Source: an uncultured Desulfovibrio sp.
GTDB lineage: Bacteria > Desulfobacterota > Desulfovibrionia > Desulfovibrionales > Desulfovibrionaceae
Direction of reading: 5' to 3'
NCBI GenBank assembly: GCA_900547595.1
Contig: URHE01000004.1
Span: forward strand, 1,573-65,572
DNA length: 64,000 nt
Shown: piece by piece, positions 50,861-59,783 of the stretch
How positions within the stretch are numbered: position 1 is the stretch's first letter
Layout: every line of letters begins with the position of its first letter
Notes under the pieces: model-generated
The model's input: the letters and a program-made list of their open reading frames with translations, nothing else
Database searches by the model: none
What the model was told of the DNA's origin: nothing
Position numbers and translations under genes: made by a program

Positions 50861-53476
50861 ATGGACATCAACAAGTTTACGGAAAAAGCCCGGGAAGCCA
50901 TTGGCGAAGCGCAGACCATCGCCGCGGGGATGGGGCATCAGGAAACGGATTGCGAACACCTCGCGCTTGCGCTGGTGCAGCAGGAAAAAGGCATCGTGAG
51001 CGCTGATCTGGAACATATGGGCATCCAGCCGCGCGCGTTTGCCGTGGCGCTGGAGACGTCGCTGCGCAAGCGGCCTTCTGTTTCCGGCGGTGGAATGGAC
51101 CCCAACAAGATCATGATCACTCCGCGCCTGGCGAAGGTCCTTGGCGATGCGCAAAAAGACGCCCAGCGCCTTCAGGACGAGTTCGTCAGCGTGGACACGC
51201 TCTTTCTGGCCCTTACGGATGTGGAGCCGTCCTCACCGCTCGGCGAGGTATTCAAGGAATACAAGATCACCCGCGCCACCTTTTCCAAGGCCATGGAAGA
51301 AATGCGCGGCGGCGCGCGCGTGACCAGCGCCACGCCGGAAGATACCTTCGAAGCGCTGAGCAAGTACGCCCGCGATCTTGTGGAAGCCGCGCGTCAGGGA
51401 AAGATGGACCCCGTTATCGGGCGCGACGCGGAGATCCGCCGCGTCATCCGCATCCTTTCCCGGCGTACCAAGAATAATCCCGTGCTCATCGGCGAGGCGG
51501 GCGTCGGCAAAACGGCCATCGTTGAGGGGCTGGCATTCCGCATCGTCAAGGGCGATGTGCCCGAGGGCCTGCGCGGCCGCAAGATATATGCTCTGGACAT
51601 GGGCGCGCTCATCGCCGGCGCCAAGTACCGCGGCGAATTTGAAGAGCGCCTCAAGGCCGTGCTCAATGAGGTGGAGAAGAGCGAGGGGCAGATCATCCTG
51701 TTCATCGACGAACTCCACACCATTGTGGGCGCCGGCAAGACCGAGGGCTCCATGGATGCGGGCAATCTCCTCAAGCCCATGCTGGCGCGCGGCGAGCTCC
51801 ACTGCATCGGCGCCACAACGGTGGACGAGTACCGCAAGTATATCGAAAAGGACCCGGCTCTGGAGCGCCGCTTCCAGCCCGTTCTTGTGGAAGAACCCAC
51901 CGTGGAGGATGCCATCTCCATCCTGCGCGGCCTCAAGGAGCGTTTTGAGGTCCACCATGGCGTGCGCATCAGCGACTCCGCCATCGTGGAGGCCGTGGTG
52001 CTCTCCAACCGCTACATTCCCGACCGCCAGCTCCCGGACAAGGCCATCGACCTCATTGATGAAGCGGCGGCCATGATCCGCACCGAGATCGATTCCCTCC
52101 CGGCGGACCTTGACGAAGTGAACCGCAAGGTCATGCAGCTGGAAATCGAGCGGGAGGCCCTGCGCCGCGAAACCGACACTGCTTCGCGTGAACGTCTGGA
52201 AAAGCTGGAAAACGAGCTTGCGGAACTGCGCAACGAGCAGGCGGCCATGCGCAAGCAATGGGAGAACGAGAAAGGTTCCATCGACAGCGTGCGCGAACTC
52301 AAGGAGCAGATCGAGCAGACCAAGCTCGCCATCGAGCAGGCCGAACGCGCCTATGACCTCAACCGTGCCGCGGAACTCAAGTACTCCAAGTTGCTCGAAC
52401 TGGAAAAGAAACTGGCGGAAGCCTCCGGCGAAAAACAGGATGGCGACGGTCCGCGCCTGCTGCGTGAAGAGGTGCGACCGGACGATGTGGCTGAGATCGT
52501 TGCCAAGTGGACGGGCATCCCCGTGACCCGATTGCTCGAATCCGAGCGGGAAAAGCTCCTGCGGCTCGGCAATCAGTTGCACGAGCGCGTGGTGGGCCAG
52601 GATGAAGCCGTCACCGCCGTGGCGGATGCCGTGCTCCGCGCGCGCGCGGGACTTGCCGACCCCGCGCGGCCCACAGGCTCGTTCATCTTCCTTGGTCCCA
52701 CGGGTGTTGGCAAGACGGAACTTTCCAAGGCGTTGGCCGAAGCGCTCTTCGACACCGAAGACAACATGGTGCGTCTCGACATGAGCGAATATATGGAAAA
52801 GCATTCCGTATCCCGCCTCATCGGGGCCCCTCCGGGATATGTGGGCTATGACGAGGGCGGCCAGCTTACCGAGGCCGTGCGCCGCAAGCCGTATTCCGTC
52901 ATCCTGTTCGACGAGATCGAAAAGGCGCATCCGGATGTCTTCAATACGCTGCTCCAGCTTTTGGACGATGGCCGCCTGACGGACAGCCAGGGCAGGACAG
53001 TGGACTTCCGCAACTGCATCGTCATCATGACCTCCAATATCGGTTCCATGCACCTGCTTGACGGCATTGCCCTTGACGGAACCCTCAAGGAAGGCGCGCG
53101 CGAAAAGGTCATGGAAGACCTGCGCAACCACTTCAGGCCGGAATTCCTCAACCGTGTTGACGAAACTGTGGTCTTTCTGCCGTTGCGGCGCGACCAGATC
53201 GGCAAGATCGTGGAATTTCAGCTGCGCCGCCTGCGCGCGCGGCTGGAAGAGCGCAAGATCAAGCTGCACATGAGTGAGGCGGCGCGAGACTTCGTGGCGG
53301 AAGCCGGGTATGACCCCGTCTATGGCGCGCGGCCGCTCAAGCGCTATCTCCAGCATGCGGTGGAAACCCCCCTGGCGCGTGAACTTGTCAGCGGCAAGAT
53401 CCACGATGGCGAGGAGGTGCATATCGAGGTCAAGGAAGGGAAGCTGGCGTTTGAAGCCAGACCGGCCAAGGACTAG
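50861..53476 (+). CDS. clpB: ATP-dependent disaggregase ClpB
   Basis: Two AAA+ modules ([16 protein letters not shown]), long coiled-coil M domain and GAPPGYVGY. Confidence 0.97.
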   Translation: MDINKFTEKAREAIGEAQTIAAGMGHQETDCEHLALALVQQEKGIVSADLEHMGIQPRAFAVALETSLRKRPSVSGGGMDPNKIMITPRLAKVLGDAQKDAQRLQDEFVSVDTLFLALTDVEPSSPLGEVFKEYKITRATFSKAMEEMRGGARVTSATPEDTFEALSKYARDLVEAARQGKMDPVIGRDAEIRRVIRILSRRTKNNPVLIGEAGVGKTAIVEGLAFRIVKGDVPEGLRGRKIYALDMGALIAGAKYRGEFEERLKAVLNEVEKSEGQIILFIDELHTIVGAGKTEGSMDAGNLLKPMLARGELHCIGATTVDEYRKYIEKDPALERRFQPVLVEEPTVEDAISILRGLKERFEVHHGVRISDSAIVEAVVLSNRYIPDRQLPDKAIDLIDEAAAMIRTEIDSLPADLDEVNRKVMQLEIEREALRRETDTASRERLEKLENELAELRNEQAAMRKQWENEKGSIDSVRELKEQIEQTKLAIEQAERAYDLNRAAELKYSKLLELEKKLAEASGEKQDGDGPRLLREEVRPDDVAEIVAKWTGIPVTRLLESEREKLLRLGNQLHERVVGQDEAVTAVADAVLRARAGLADPARPTGSFIFLGPTGVGKTELSKALAEALFDTEDNMVRLDMSEYMEKHSVSRLIGAPPGYVGYDEGGQLTEAVRRKPYSVILFDEIEKAHPDVFNTLLQLLDDGRLTDSQGRTVDFRNCIVIMTSNIGSMHLLDGIALDGTLKEGAREKVMEDLRNHFRPEFLNRVDETVVFLPLRRDQIGKIVEFQLRRLRARLEERKIKLHMSEAARDFVAEAGYDPVYGARPLKRYLQHAVETPLARELVSGKIHDGEEVHIEVKEGKLAFEARPAKD

Positions 53477-53568
53477 AACGCTTTCGCAGTGAACGTGCGC
53501 AACCGCGCTGGCGGCAGCGTTAGCTGGCGCCAGCGCGGTTTGGATAATAGCATTACCAAACCGCTCTA
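53474..53568. repeat. Non-coding palindromic element, short copy 2
   Basis: Ends TAGAACG...CGCTCTA; 13-bp stem 53501-53540 overlapping 9-bp stem 53535-53564; related to 25464-25504. Confidence 0.6.
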
Positions 53569-53600
53569 AACAGAACTGGGGCGGCGTCGCCGCCTGACAT

Positions 53601-53643
53601 GGATACAGAAAGACCCCGGGGAAACCGGGGTCTTTCTGTATCC
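53601..53643. terminator. Bidirectional terminator hairpin between clpB and the ACT gene
   Basis: Perfect 19-bp stem GGATACAGAAAGACCCCGG-ggaaa-CCGGGGTCTTTCTGTATCC. Confidence 0.75.
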
Positions 53644-53694
53644 GCGACATCGGTGTGGAACGTCCGGAACAGCGCGGCGCTGTGCCGCGCCGTC

Positions 53695-54126
53695 TCAGAA
53701 CTGGCAGAGACGCTGTGCCGGAATGATGGTGAAATTGTGACGGTTGAGCAGGTCCACCGCCTCGTCCACCTTGTCAAAGCGGAAGATCATGACGGCGCGG
53801 CCCAGCTCCCGCTGCACAAAGGCATACATATATTCCACATTGATACCGTTGCTGGAGACAAGTTGCAGCACGCTGTCCAGGCCACCGGGCTCGTCCGGCA
53901 CCTCCACGGCGACGACGCTTGTGCGCCCGAGGGTGAAGCCTTTCTCCTTCAGCACGTTCTTCGCTTTTTCATGATCGCAGACGATCATTCGCAGGATGCC
54001 GAAATCCGACGTATCCGCCAGCGAAAGCGCGCGGATATTGATGCCGGCCTCGGCCAGGGTGTGGATCACCTCGGCAAGGCGCCCGGCGCGGTTTTCCAGA
54101 AAAACGGACAACTGTTCTGCCTTCAT
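53695..54126 (-). CDS. Tandem ACT-domain (amino acid-binding) protein
   Basis: QLSVFLENRAGRL...GINIRALSLADTSDFGILR and VPDEPGGL...GINVEYMY. Confidence 0.9.
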   Translation of the reverse strand: MKAEQLSVFLENRAGRLAEVIHTLAEAGINIRALSLADTSDFGILRMIVCDHEKAKNVLKEKGFTLGRTSVVAVEVPDEPGGLDSVLQLVSSNGINVEYMYAFVQRELGRAVMIFRFDKVDEAVDLLNRHNFTIIPAQRLCQF

Positions 54127-54153
54127 GGCACAATCCTTTTGGGGTATCACAGG

Positions 54154-54360
54154 TTAGCCCTTGTGGGTATCGTCATGTCCCGCAGGGGCTTTCTTCTCCT
54201 GCGCCGTGATGTCGATTTCATCCGGCTCGGACGAGGCACGGCGGAAATTCCTGATGGCCCGGCCCAGTCCGCCGCCGATCTCCGGCAATTTCTTCGCGCC
54301 GAAGATCAGCAGGACAATGAGCAGGATAAGCAGAATCTGGTTGGGGCCGATACTGAACAT
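54154..54360 (-). CDS. tatA: Twin-arginine translocase subunit TatA
   Basis: [31 protein letters not shown]. Confidence 0.93.
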   Translation of the reverse strand: MFSIGPNQILLILLIVLLIFGAKKLPEIGGGLGRAIRNFRRASSEPDEIDITAQEKKAPAGHDDTHKG

Positions 54361-54409
54361 GCGGATGCCTCCGACGGGGTTTGCTGAAAGGACACTGCCT
54401 TTGCCCGCA

Positions 54410-54438
54410 AAGATACGGCGTCACCGCCCCGAGGTCAA
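54410..54438 (-). promoter_or_regulatory. Putative sigma70 promoter for tatA
   Basis: Minus strand TTGACC-N17-TATCTT. Confidence 0.5.
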
Positions 54439-54635
54439 GGCTCCCCCCTGTATTCCGCGGCATGTGCGCAGCGCGAAGCCCAAATGCCGCAACTGCGCCC
54501 GCGGGAGGATGCTCCCTCCGGAAATGCTCGCCTGCGGTGAGGGATCCATGCCGAAGCTTCCGGACAGTGCCGCTTCCGGACGCATCCCGGACAGGCGGAC
54601 GCCGCCTCATGGCTCAAACAGTTCTCCGGCCTGCG

Positions 54636-55550
54636 TCAGCCTCTTCCCGATCTGCGGCTCTTGCGTGTCAGGGGCGCGGATGGCCTGTGCCGGGAGGCGT
54701 TGAGAGACATCTGTACCTTTTGGGGCGCATTGGGATGCCGGAAGCCCGCTTCCAGCAGCCTGCGCGCGGCGGCATCCCGCCGTTCACGGCTTGAGGCGCC
54801 AAGCACCACCGCCAGGAGCTTCGTTCTGCCCCGCGTGGCCGTAACGACGAGATTGTAGCCGGAAGCGACCGTCCAGCCGGTTTTCAGCCCGTTGACCCCG
54901 TCCACGGTCCCCAGCAGGGCATTGGTGTTCCGCATGGTCATGCCCCGATGCAGAAAATAGCGCATGCCATGAAAACGCATGGCCCGGGGATGCGCCTTCA
55001 GATAGGCCCGGCAAAGCAGCATCATGTCCCGGGCGCTGGTTTTCTGCCCGGGTGCCGGAAGCCCGGTGGGATTTTTGAATACCGTGCGGGTGAGCCCCAG
55101 GCGCCTGGCCTTGCCGTTCATTTGGCGCACAAAAGCGCGCGTGTCGCCGCCAACTTTGGCGGCCACGGCCATGGCCGCGTCGTTGCCCGAGACGACAGCC
55201 ATGCCCGTGAGCAGGCGCACGAGGGGTATCCTGTCCCCGGCGCAGAGATGCATGGAAGAGCCCCCCACTGCGGCGGCCCCGGAGCGGACGGGAATTTTCG
55301 TATCCAGCCGCAGGCGCTGCGCCTGTACCGCGTCCAGCGCCAGATACATGGTCATGATCTTGGTCAGTGACGCGGGGGGGATGGCGGCATCGGCATTTTT
55401 CTCATAGAGGACGCGGCCGGTGCCGAGATTGACGAGGATGGCGGAGCGCGCCGTCAGGCCGGATGCCGCCGCCATGGGGGGAAGCAAGGCCAGGCACAAA
55501 AGCAGCCCCCCGAGACAGCTGGCGGAAAAACGGCAAAAATACCGGCGCAT
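54636..55550 (-). CDS. D-alanyl-D-alanine carboxypeptidase (peptidase S11)
   Basis: Signal peptide; SxxK (ASLTK), SxN (SGND) and KTG (GLKTGWT) motifs. Confidence 0.92.
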   Translation of the reverse strand: MRRYFCRFSASCLGGLLLCLALLPPMAAASGLTARSAILVNLGTGRVLYEKNADAAIPPASLTKIMTMYLALDAVQAQRLRLDTKIPVRSGAAAVGGSSMHLCAGDRIPLVRLLTGMAVVSGNDAAMAVAAKVGGDTRAFVRQMNGKARRLGLTRTVFKNPTGLPAPGQKTSARDMMLLCRAYLKAHPRAMRFHGMRYFLHRGMTMRNTNALLGTVDGVNGLKTGWTVASGYNLVVTATRGRTKLLAVVLGASSRERRDAAARRLLEAGFRHPNAPQKVQMSLNASRHRPSAPLTRKSRRSGRG

Positions 55551-55557
55551 GGACTCT

Positions 55558-56670
55558 TCAGACCTGTGGCCGGTAGTAGCGGTTGCCTTCCTCCACTGCC
55601 TGCATCGCAAAGGCCAGGATGACCGGTCCGGCGATGAGGCCGACCGGCCCGAACGTGCTCAGACCACAGAGGATGGCGAGGATAAGGACCAGAAACGGCG
55701 CCCTGATGCCCTGGCGGAGAAAGAACGGCCGCAACACATTGTCCACCCCCGCCACAGCCAGAGTGCCCCAGAGCGCCAGCCCGACAGCCGCCATGGTTTT
55801 GCCGCTGAACCAGAGGGAAATGCAGAGCGGCCCCCAGACAAGGGCCGTCCCGACCACGGGGATGGGCGCGACCAGGGTCGCCAGCATGCCCCAGAATGCG
55901 GGCTGGTTGACGCCGGCCACGGCAAAACCGATGCCGCACAGCGCGCCCTGCGCCAGGGCCACAAGGACGATGCCGAGCATGATGGCCTTGAGCGCGCGGT
56001 GGATGGTTGAGATGAACCGGTCCAGAATGCCGTGGGGAATGTGAAAAATGCGGCATGTCACCTTGCGGATGCGTCGGGAATAGATGGTGAACAGCACCGT
56101 AAGCGTGAAAAAGAGAAAGGTCGTCCAGAATACGGTCATGGTGCCGCCCACAAAGCCGAAACTCCGGCTCACGAGCATGCTCACGGCATCGCTGAACAGG
56201 GTGTCGAGGTTGACGATGGCTTCATTGAGGGCCCTCTCGATACTCGGATATTCCGCCAGACTGCGGCGCACGGCGTGAAAATACTCCAGCCAGTGCGGCG
56301 GAAGCTGAAAATTGTTGGCCTGAAGCTCCCGCAGGCGGGCAAGACCGGCAACCGCCTGCGGCGAGACAAGGAGCACCAGAACGGCCACGGGAATCAGAAG
56401 GGAAGAGATGATGACCGCCACATAACCGCCAATGGGCACATAGCTGGACAGGGCAAGAAGCAGCCGCTGGCGCCGGGAATCCGGGAAATCATGTTCCAGA
56501 TGTTTGCGCCAGATGCCGGTTTCCCGCCGGAGACGGCGGTAGAGCGGCAGCGTCAGGCAAGAAAAACAGGCGGCCATGAAGATGGTGATGGGGTTGGGCC
56601 AGAGAAGCATATACAGCGCCAGCGCGGCCAGAAGGTAGAGCAGGCGCGGCAGGGAGAGAAACATAGGCAT
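55558..56670 (-). CDS. AI-2E family transporter
   Basis: Multi-TM protein; AQGALCGIGF, PIPVVGT, DNVLRP and FGPVGLIAGP motifs. Confidence 0.88.
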   Translation of the reverse strand: MPMFLSLPRLLYLLAALALYMLLWPNPITIFMAACFSCLTLPLYRRLRRETGIWRKHLEHDFPDSRRQRLLLALSSYVPIGGYVAVIISSLLIPVAVLVLLVSPQAVAGLARLRELQANNFQLPPHWLEYFHAVRRSLAEYPSIERALNEAIVNLDTLFSDAVSMLVSRSFGFVGGTMTVFWTTFLFFTLTVLFTIYSRRIRKVTCRIFHIPHGILDRFISTIHRALKAIMLGIVLVALAQGALCGIGFAVAGVNQPAFWGMLATLVAPIPVVGTALVWGPLCISLWFSGKTMAAVGLALWGTLAVAGVDNVLRPFFLRQGIRAPFLVLILAILCGLSTFGPVGLIAGPVILAFAMQAVEEGNRYYRPQV

Positions 56671-56840
56671 TCCTTGGAAGGATATATGAAGAACGGCGGA
56701 ACCGCTCCGGAGCGGAAGCGCCGCCGAGGGCGGCACCGGGGCTGGAGAAAGGTACGGCATGCCCCGTTTTCCACCGAGAATGGAAGAATCTACCAGCCTT
56801 GGCCCTGTCTGCCAAGTGCCTGCCCAGGTGCCGGATGCCA

Positions 56841-59783
56841 TCAGGAAGCGCAGAGGGACGCGCAGGGACACCAGCGGCAATGGACATCCGGACGGCCCTC
56901 AAACCTGGGGGAGCGCTCCATGTGCCGAAGCAGGAGTGCAAGCGCCACACCGCAGCCGGAGCGGGCGGCCTTCAGTTCCTCGCCCGCAAGACCGTCAAAA
57001 AGCGGGTGTTCTTCGCCCTTGCAGCGAAGCTCCACCAGGGCGGCATCCCCCACGGCATCCCCCTCCCGCGTTTCCAGCATGGCCACATAGGCCGGAAGCT
57101 GCATGCTTGGCAGCCGCTCGCGCAGGGCTTCAAAACCCGTTTCCAGACGCGCCAGCGTGTCCGCATCCGGAAGCCCGCGGGGTCCCGTGCTGTCGGCCAG
57201 CGCGCAGACAGCGGCGGCTTCGGCGAAGAAGGCGCTGTCGCCCCAGAGGGTGTAATCATGTTTCCTGATGCCGCCGGTCTTGTAATCCAGCACATGCAAC
57301 AGGCCATCACGGCGATCGATGCGGTCAAGGATGCCGGTGAAGGAATAGGGGCGTCCCGCCAGGGAAAGCCGGGCATCGATGCGTTGTTCCAGGGCGACGA
57401 TGCGGGTCTCCTCGGGCTGGTGTTCAAGAAACTCCCGCAGGCGCACGGGAACCGCGGCTTCAAGCATGAGGCACGCATCCGCAGGGAGCAGATCGCGCAG
57501 CCGCGCCTCGTCAAAGGCTTCTTGAAAACAGGCAAGGGCCCTGTCCTGCGTGATGTCGCCCCTGCATACCTTTTTGCCGAGATACGGCGCATACAGCGCG
57601 CGCAAGGCGGCGTGAAGGCAGGTGCCCACGGCGGCGGGGTCATCGCCTTCATTCACTTCCTGCCGGGGCCTGAGGCGGCACAGGTTTTCCCAGACAAAAC
57701 GCAGGGGACAGCGCAGATAGACATCAAGCCTGCTGGCGGAGAGCGGTCGCCGCAAAAAGGCGGCCATGGCCGCGTCCAGCTGCGGCGTGCGAAGCAGGGA
57801 CCTGGCTTCTCCGGGCGACTGGCGCACTTCGCAGGTTGCCACGCGCAGGGGGGGCGCTCCCGGCACCAGCAGGCTGTTATTTTGTTGCTCAACATCCCAG
57901 AGAAGTTCTTCCACAAAACGGCTGCGGAGCTTTTTGCCGTCAAAAAGCGCGGAGTGGCTCACCCCTTCCTGCCAGTAAAAATACGCTTCGCGGGCACCCG
58001 CGCAAAGCCTGCGCAGCGTATATGCCGCCACGCGTTCACGGCGGCGCGCGTCCGGCAGGCCAAGCACCGCGCGGAGAGAATCCGGCAGAAGCGCATCCTG
58101 ACCGGGGTTGCCGGGCAACACATCGTCTGTCGCGTCCACGATGAACACCCGGTCAAAATGCAGCAGGCGCGTTTCAAGCATGCCCAGCACCTGGACACCC
58201 ACAAGAGGATCCGCCTCAAAGGGAATGCGTTCGCGCTCCAGCAACTGACGGGCAAGGCCATACAGCAGTGACGGTGGAAAAACTTCGGACGCCAGGGCAT
58301 TTTGCCGCAACTGCGGCGCCACATGCCGCATGAGCCGGAACAGCGCTTCCGCATCCAGGGGAAAACGGCGCCAGATGTCGCCGCCATGCGCAGTCAGAAA
58401 ACCATGGATATTGCCAAGCCATGTCCCGAGCCCGGCGGTGGTCTCCACACCGTCGAGGGCGTCAATGACCACGGCAACGCACCGCTCCAGAAGGGCGGCG
58501 AGGGGCGGCGGCAACTGCTGCCGGCAGTCGGCAACGCAGGCGGGAAGGTCCACATATCTGCTTCCCTGGCGGATGAGCGTCTCCAAACGGCGCAGGCCGT
58601 CGCGCAAGACGAGGGTTTCTCCCTCCTCCGTCCGGGTCTGGAGCATGTTCAGGTAGGGATGCCGCAGGACATGGAGCAGGGCGCGCCAGTGATACCGGCC
58701 ATCTCCGGCGCGGCTTTCCTCCAGCCGGAAGAGGGCATCCACAAGACGAAACAGCGGCGAACGCGCAAGTGGATACCCCATGGAAACATTGACGTCCTTT
58801 TCCGGCAAATGGTGCAACACCGGCATGAGCAGTGCGCTGTCCGTCAGGACGACCGCCGTGGAGGCTGCGCCGCCGCGTCCCAGGTCTGTGCCGAGGGCCT
58901 CCAGTTGCGAATGGAGGTCATACCCGGCGAAAAATTCCAGATGCGGCTTGTGGCGCGCCTCATTTTCAGAAAGGGGAACCGCCGCTTCCGCGCGCGCGCG
59001 CCAGCGGCGCATCCAGGCGGCCTGTTCCGCGCAGGACCAGTGCGGGCCCCCGGCTTCCAGCAGGCCGGGATCGGTATGCAGACAAATCCTGGCCCCGGCC
59101 CGCCACAGGGACCGGAGCAGCGTCTCTTCCGTCCCGCTCAGAACGGAAAATCCGGCGATGAATACGGGGCGATCCTCGGCGGGCAGCAGAAGCGGCGGGA
59201 TTTCGGAGGCTCCCCGCGCGGCCAGAAACTGTTCAAGGCCGGGGGTCGTCCAGCCGCGTTCCTCCAGCAGCTGGCGCCATGCGCGGCCTATCCTGCCCAT
59301 CGCTCCCAGCAGGGCGGCGGCAGGTGCCGTCACTTCGCCTTCCAGATGGGCCAGGTCCGCGGGCTCCAGCCCATGGGTGAACATTTCTTCCAGAAGCGCC
59401 GCCAGACGCAGGCCCCACGGCAGGAAACGGGCCATGTCCATGCGCGCGAAACGCGCCTCAAGGGCGGTGTCCTCCCGGGCGAGGTCGCGCACGCATTCGT
59501 GCAGAAGCGCCCCCTGATCCAGAGGATTGGCGAGGATTTTCGCCCGGCCGCCCATTCCGGCGCGCCACAGCGCGACCAGCTCGCTGAAAGGGAGCGTCCT
59601 GGGCAAAAGACCATGATAGCCCTGTTCCGCGAATATCCGCACGATATAGCGCCAGGGACGCTGGTGGGGAACCACGATGAGGGCATTGCCCGGACGGCCG
59701 CCGCTCAGTCGCTCCACGGCAGCCGCAAGGTCCGGCAGAAAGGGGCGCTGCCAGGGAAAGATGAGGAACGGGTGCATGCTCAT
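56841..59783 (-). CDS. addB: AddB-like subunit: inactive helicase scaffold plus PD-(D/E)xK nuclease with Fe-S cysteines
   Basis: LSASRLDVYLRCPLRF, GILDRID..HVLDYKTG and C-terminal CRWCPCASLC; coupled to the addA-like gene. Confidence 0.75.
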   Translation of the reverse strand: MSMHPFLIFPWQRPFLPDLAAAVERLSGGRPGNALIVVPHQRPWRYIVRIFAEQGYHGLLPRTLPFSELVALWRAGMGGRAKILANPLDQGALLHECVRDLAREDTALEARFARMDMARFLPWGLRLAALLEEMFTHGLEPADLAHLEGEVTAPAAALLGAMGRIGRAWRQLLEERGWTTPGLEQFLAARGASEIPPLLLPAEDRPVFIAGFSVLSGTEETLLRSLWRAGARICLHTDPGLLEAGGPHWSCAEQAAWMRRWRARAEAAVPLSENEARHKPHLEFFAGYDLHSQLEALGTDLGRGGAASTAVVLTDSALLMPVLHHLPEKDVNVSMGYPLARSPLFRLVDALFRLEESRAGDGRYHWRALLHVLRHPYLNMLQTRTEEGETLVLRDGLRRLETLIRQGSRYVDLPACVADCRQQLPPPLAALLERCVAVVIDALDGVETTAGLGTWLGNIHGFLTAHGGDIWRRFPLDAEALFRLMRHVAPQLRQNALASEVFPPSLLYGLARQLLERERIPFEADPLVGVQVLGMLETRLLHFDRVFIVDATDDVLPGNPGQDALLPDSLRAVLGLPDARRRERVAAYTLRRLCAGAREAYFYWQEGVSHSALFDGKKLRSRFVEELLWDVEQQNNSLLVPGAPPLRVATCEVRQSPGEARSLLRTPQLDAAMAAFLRRPLSASRLDVYLRCPLRFVWENLCRLRPRQEVNEGDDPAAVGTCLHAALRALYAPYLGKKVCRGDITQDRALACFQEAFDEARLRDLLPADACLMLEAAVPVRLREFLEHQPEETRIVALEQRIDARLSLAGRPYSFTGILDRIDRRDGLLHVLDYKTGGIRKHDYTLWGDSAFFAEAAAVCALADSTGPRGLPDADTLARLETGFEALRERLPSMQLPAYVAMLETREGDAVGDAALVELRCKGEEHPLFDGLAGEELKAARSGCGVALALLLRHMERSPRFEGRPDVHCRWCPCASLCAS

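Noticed and set aside
54556..54600. Short CCGGAC direct repeats downstream of the dac gene
   Set aside because: Only three or four short imperfect copies in GC-rich DNA, which is compatible with chance.
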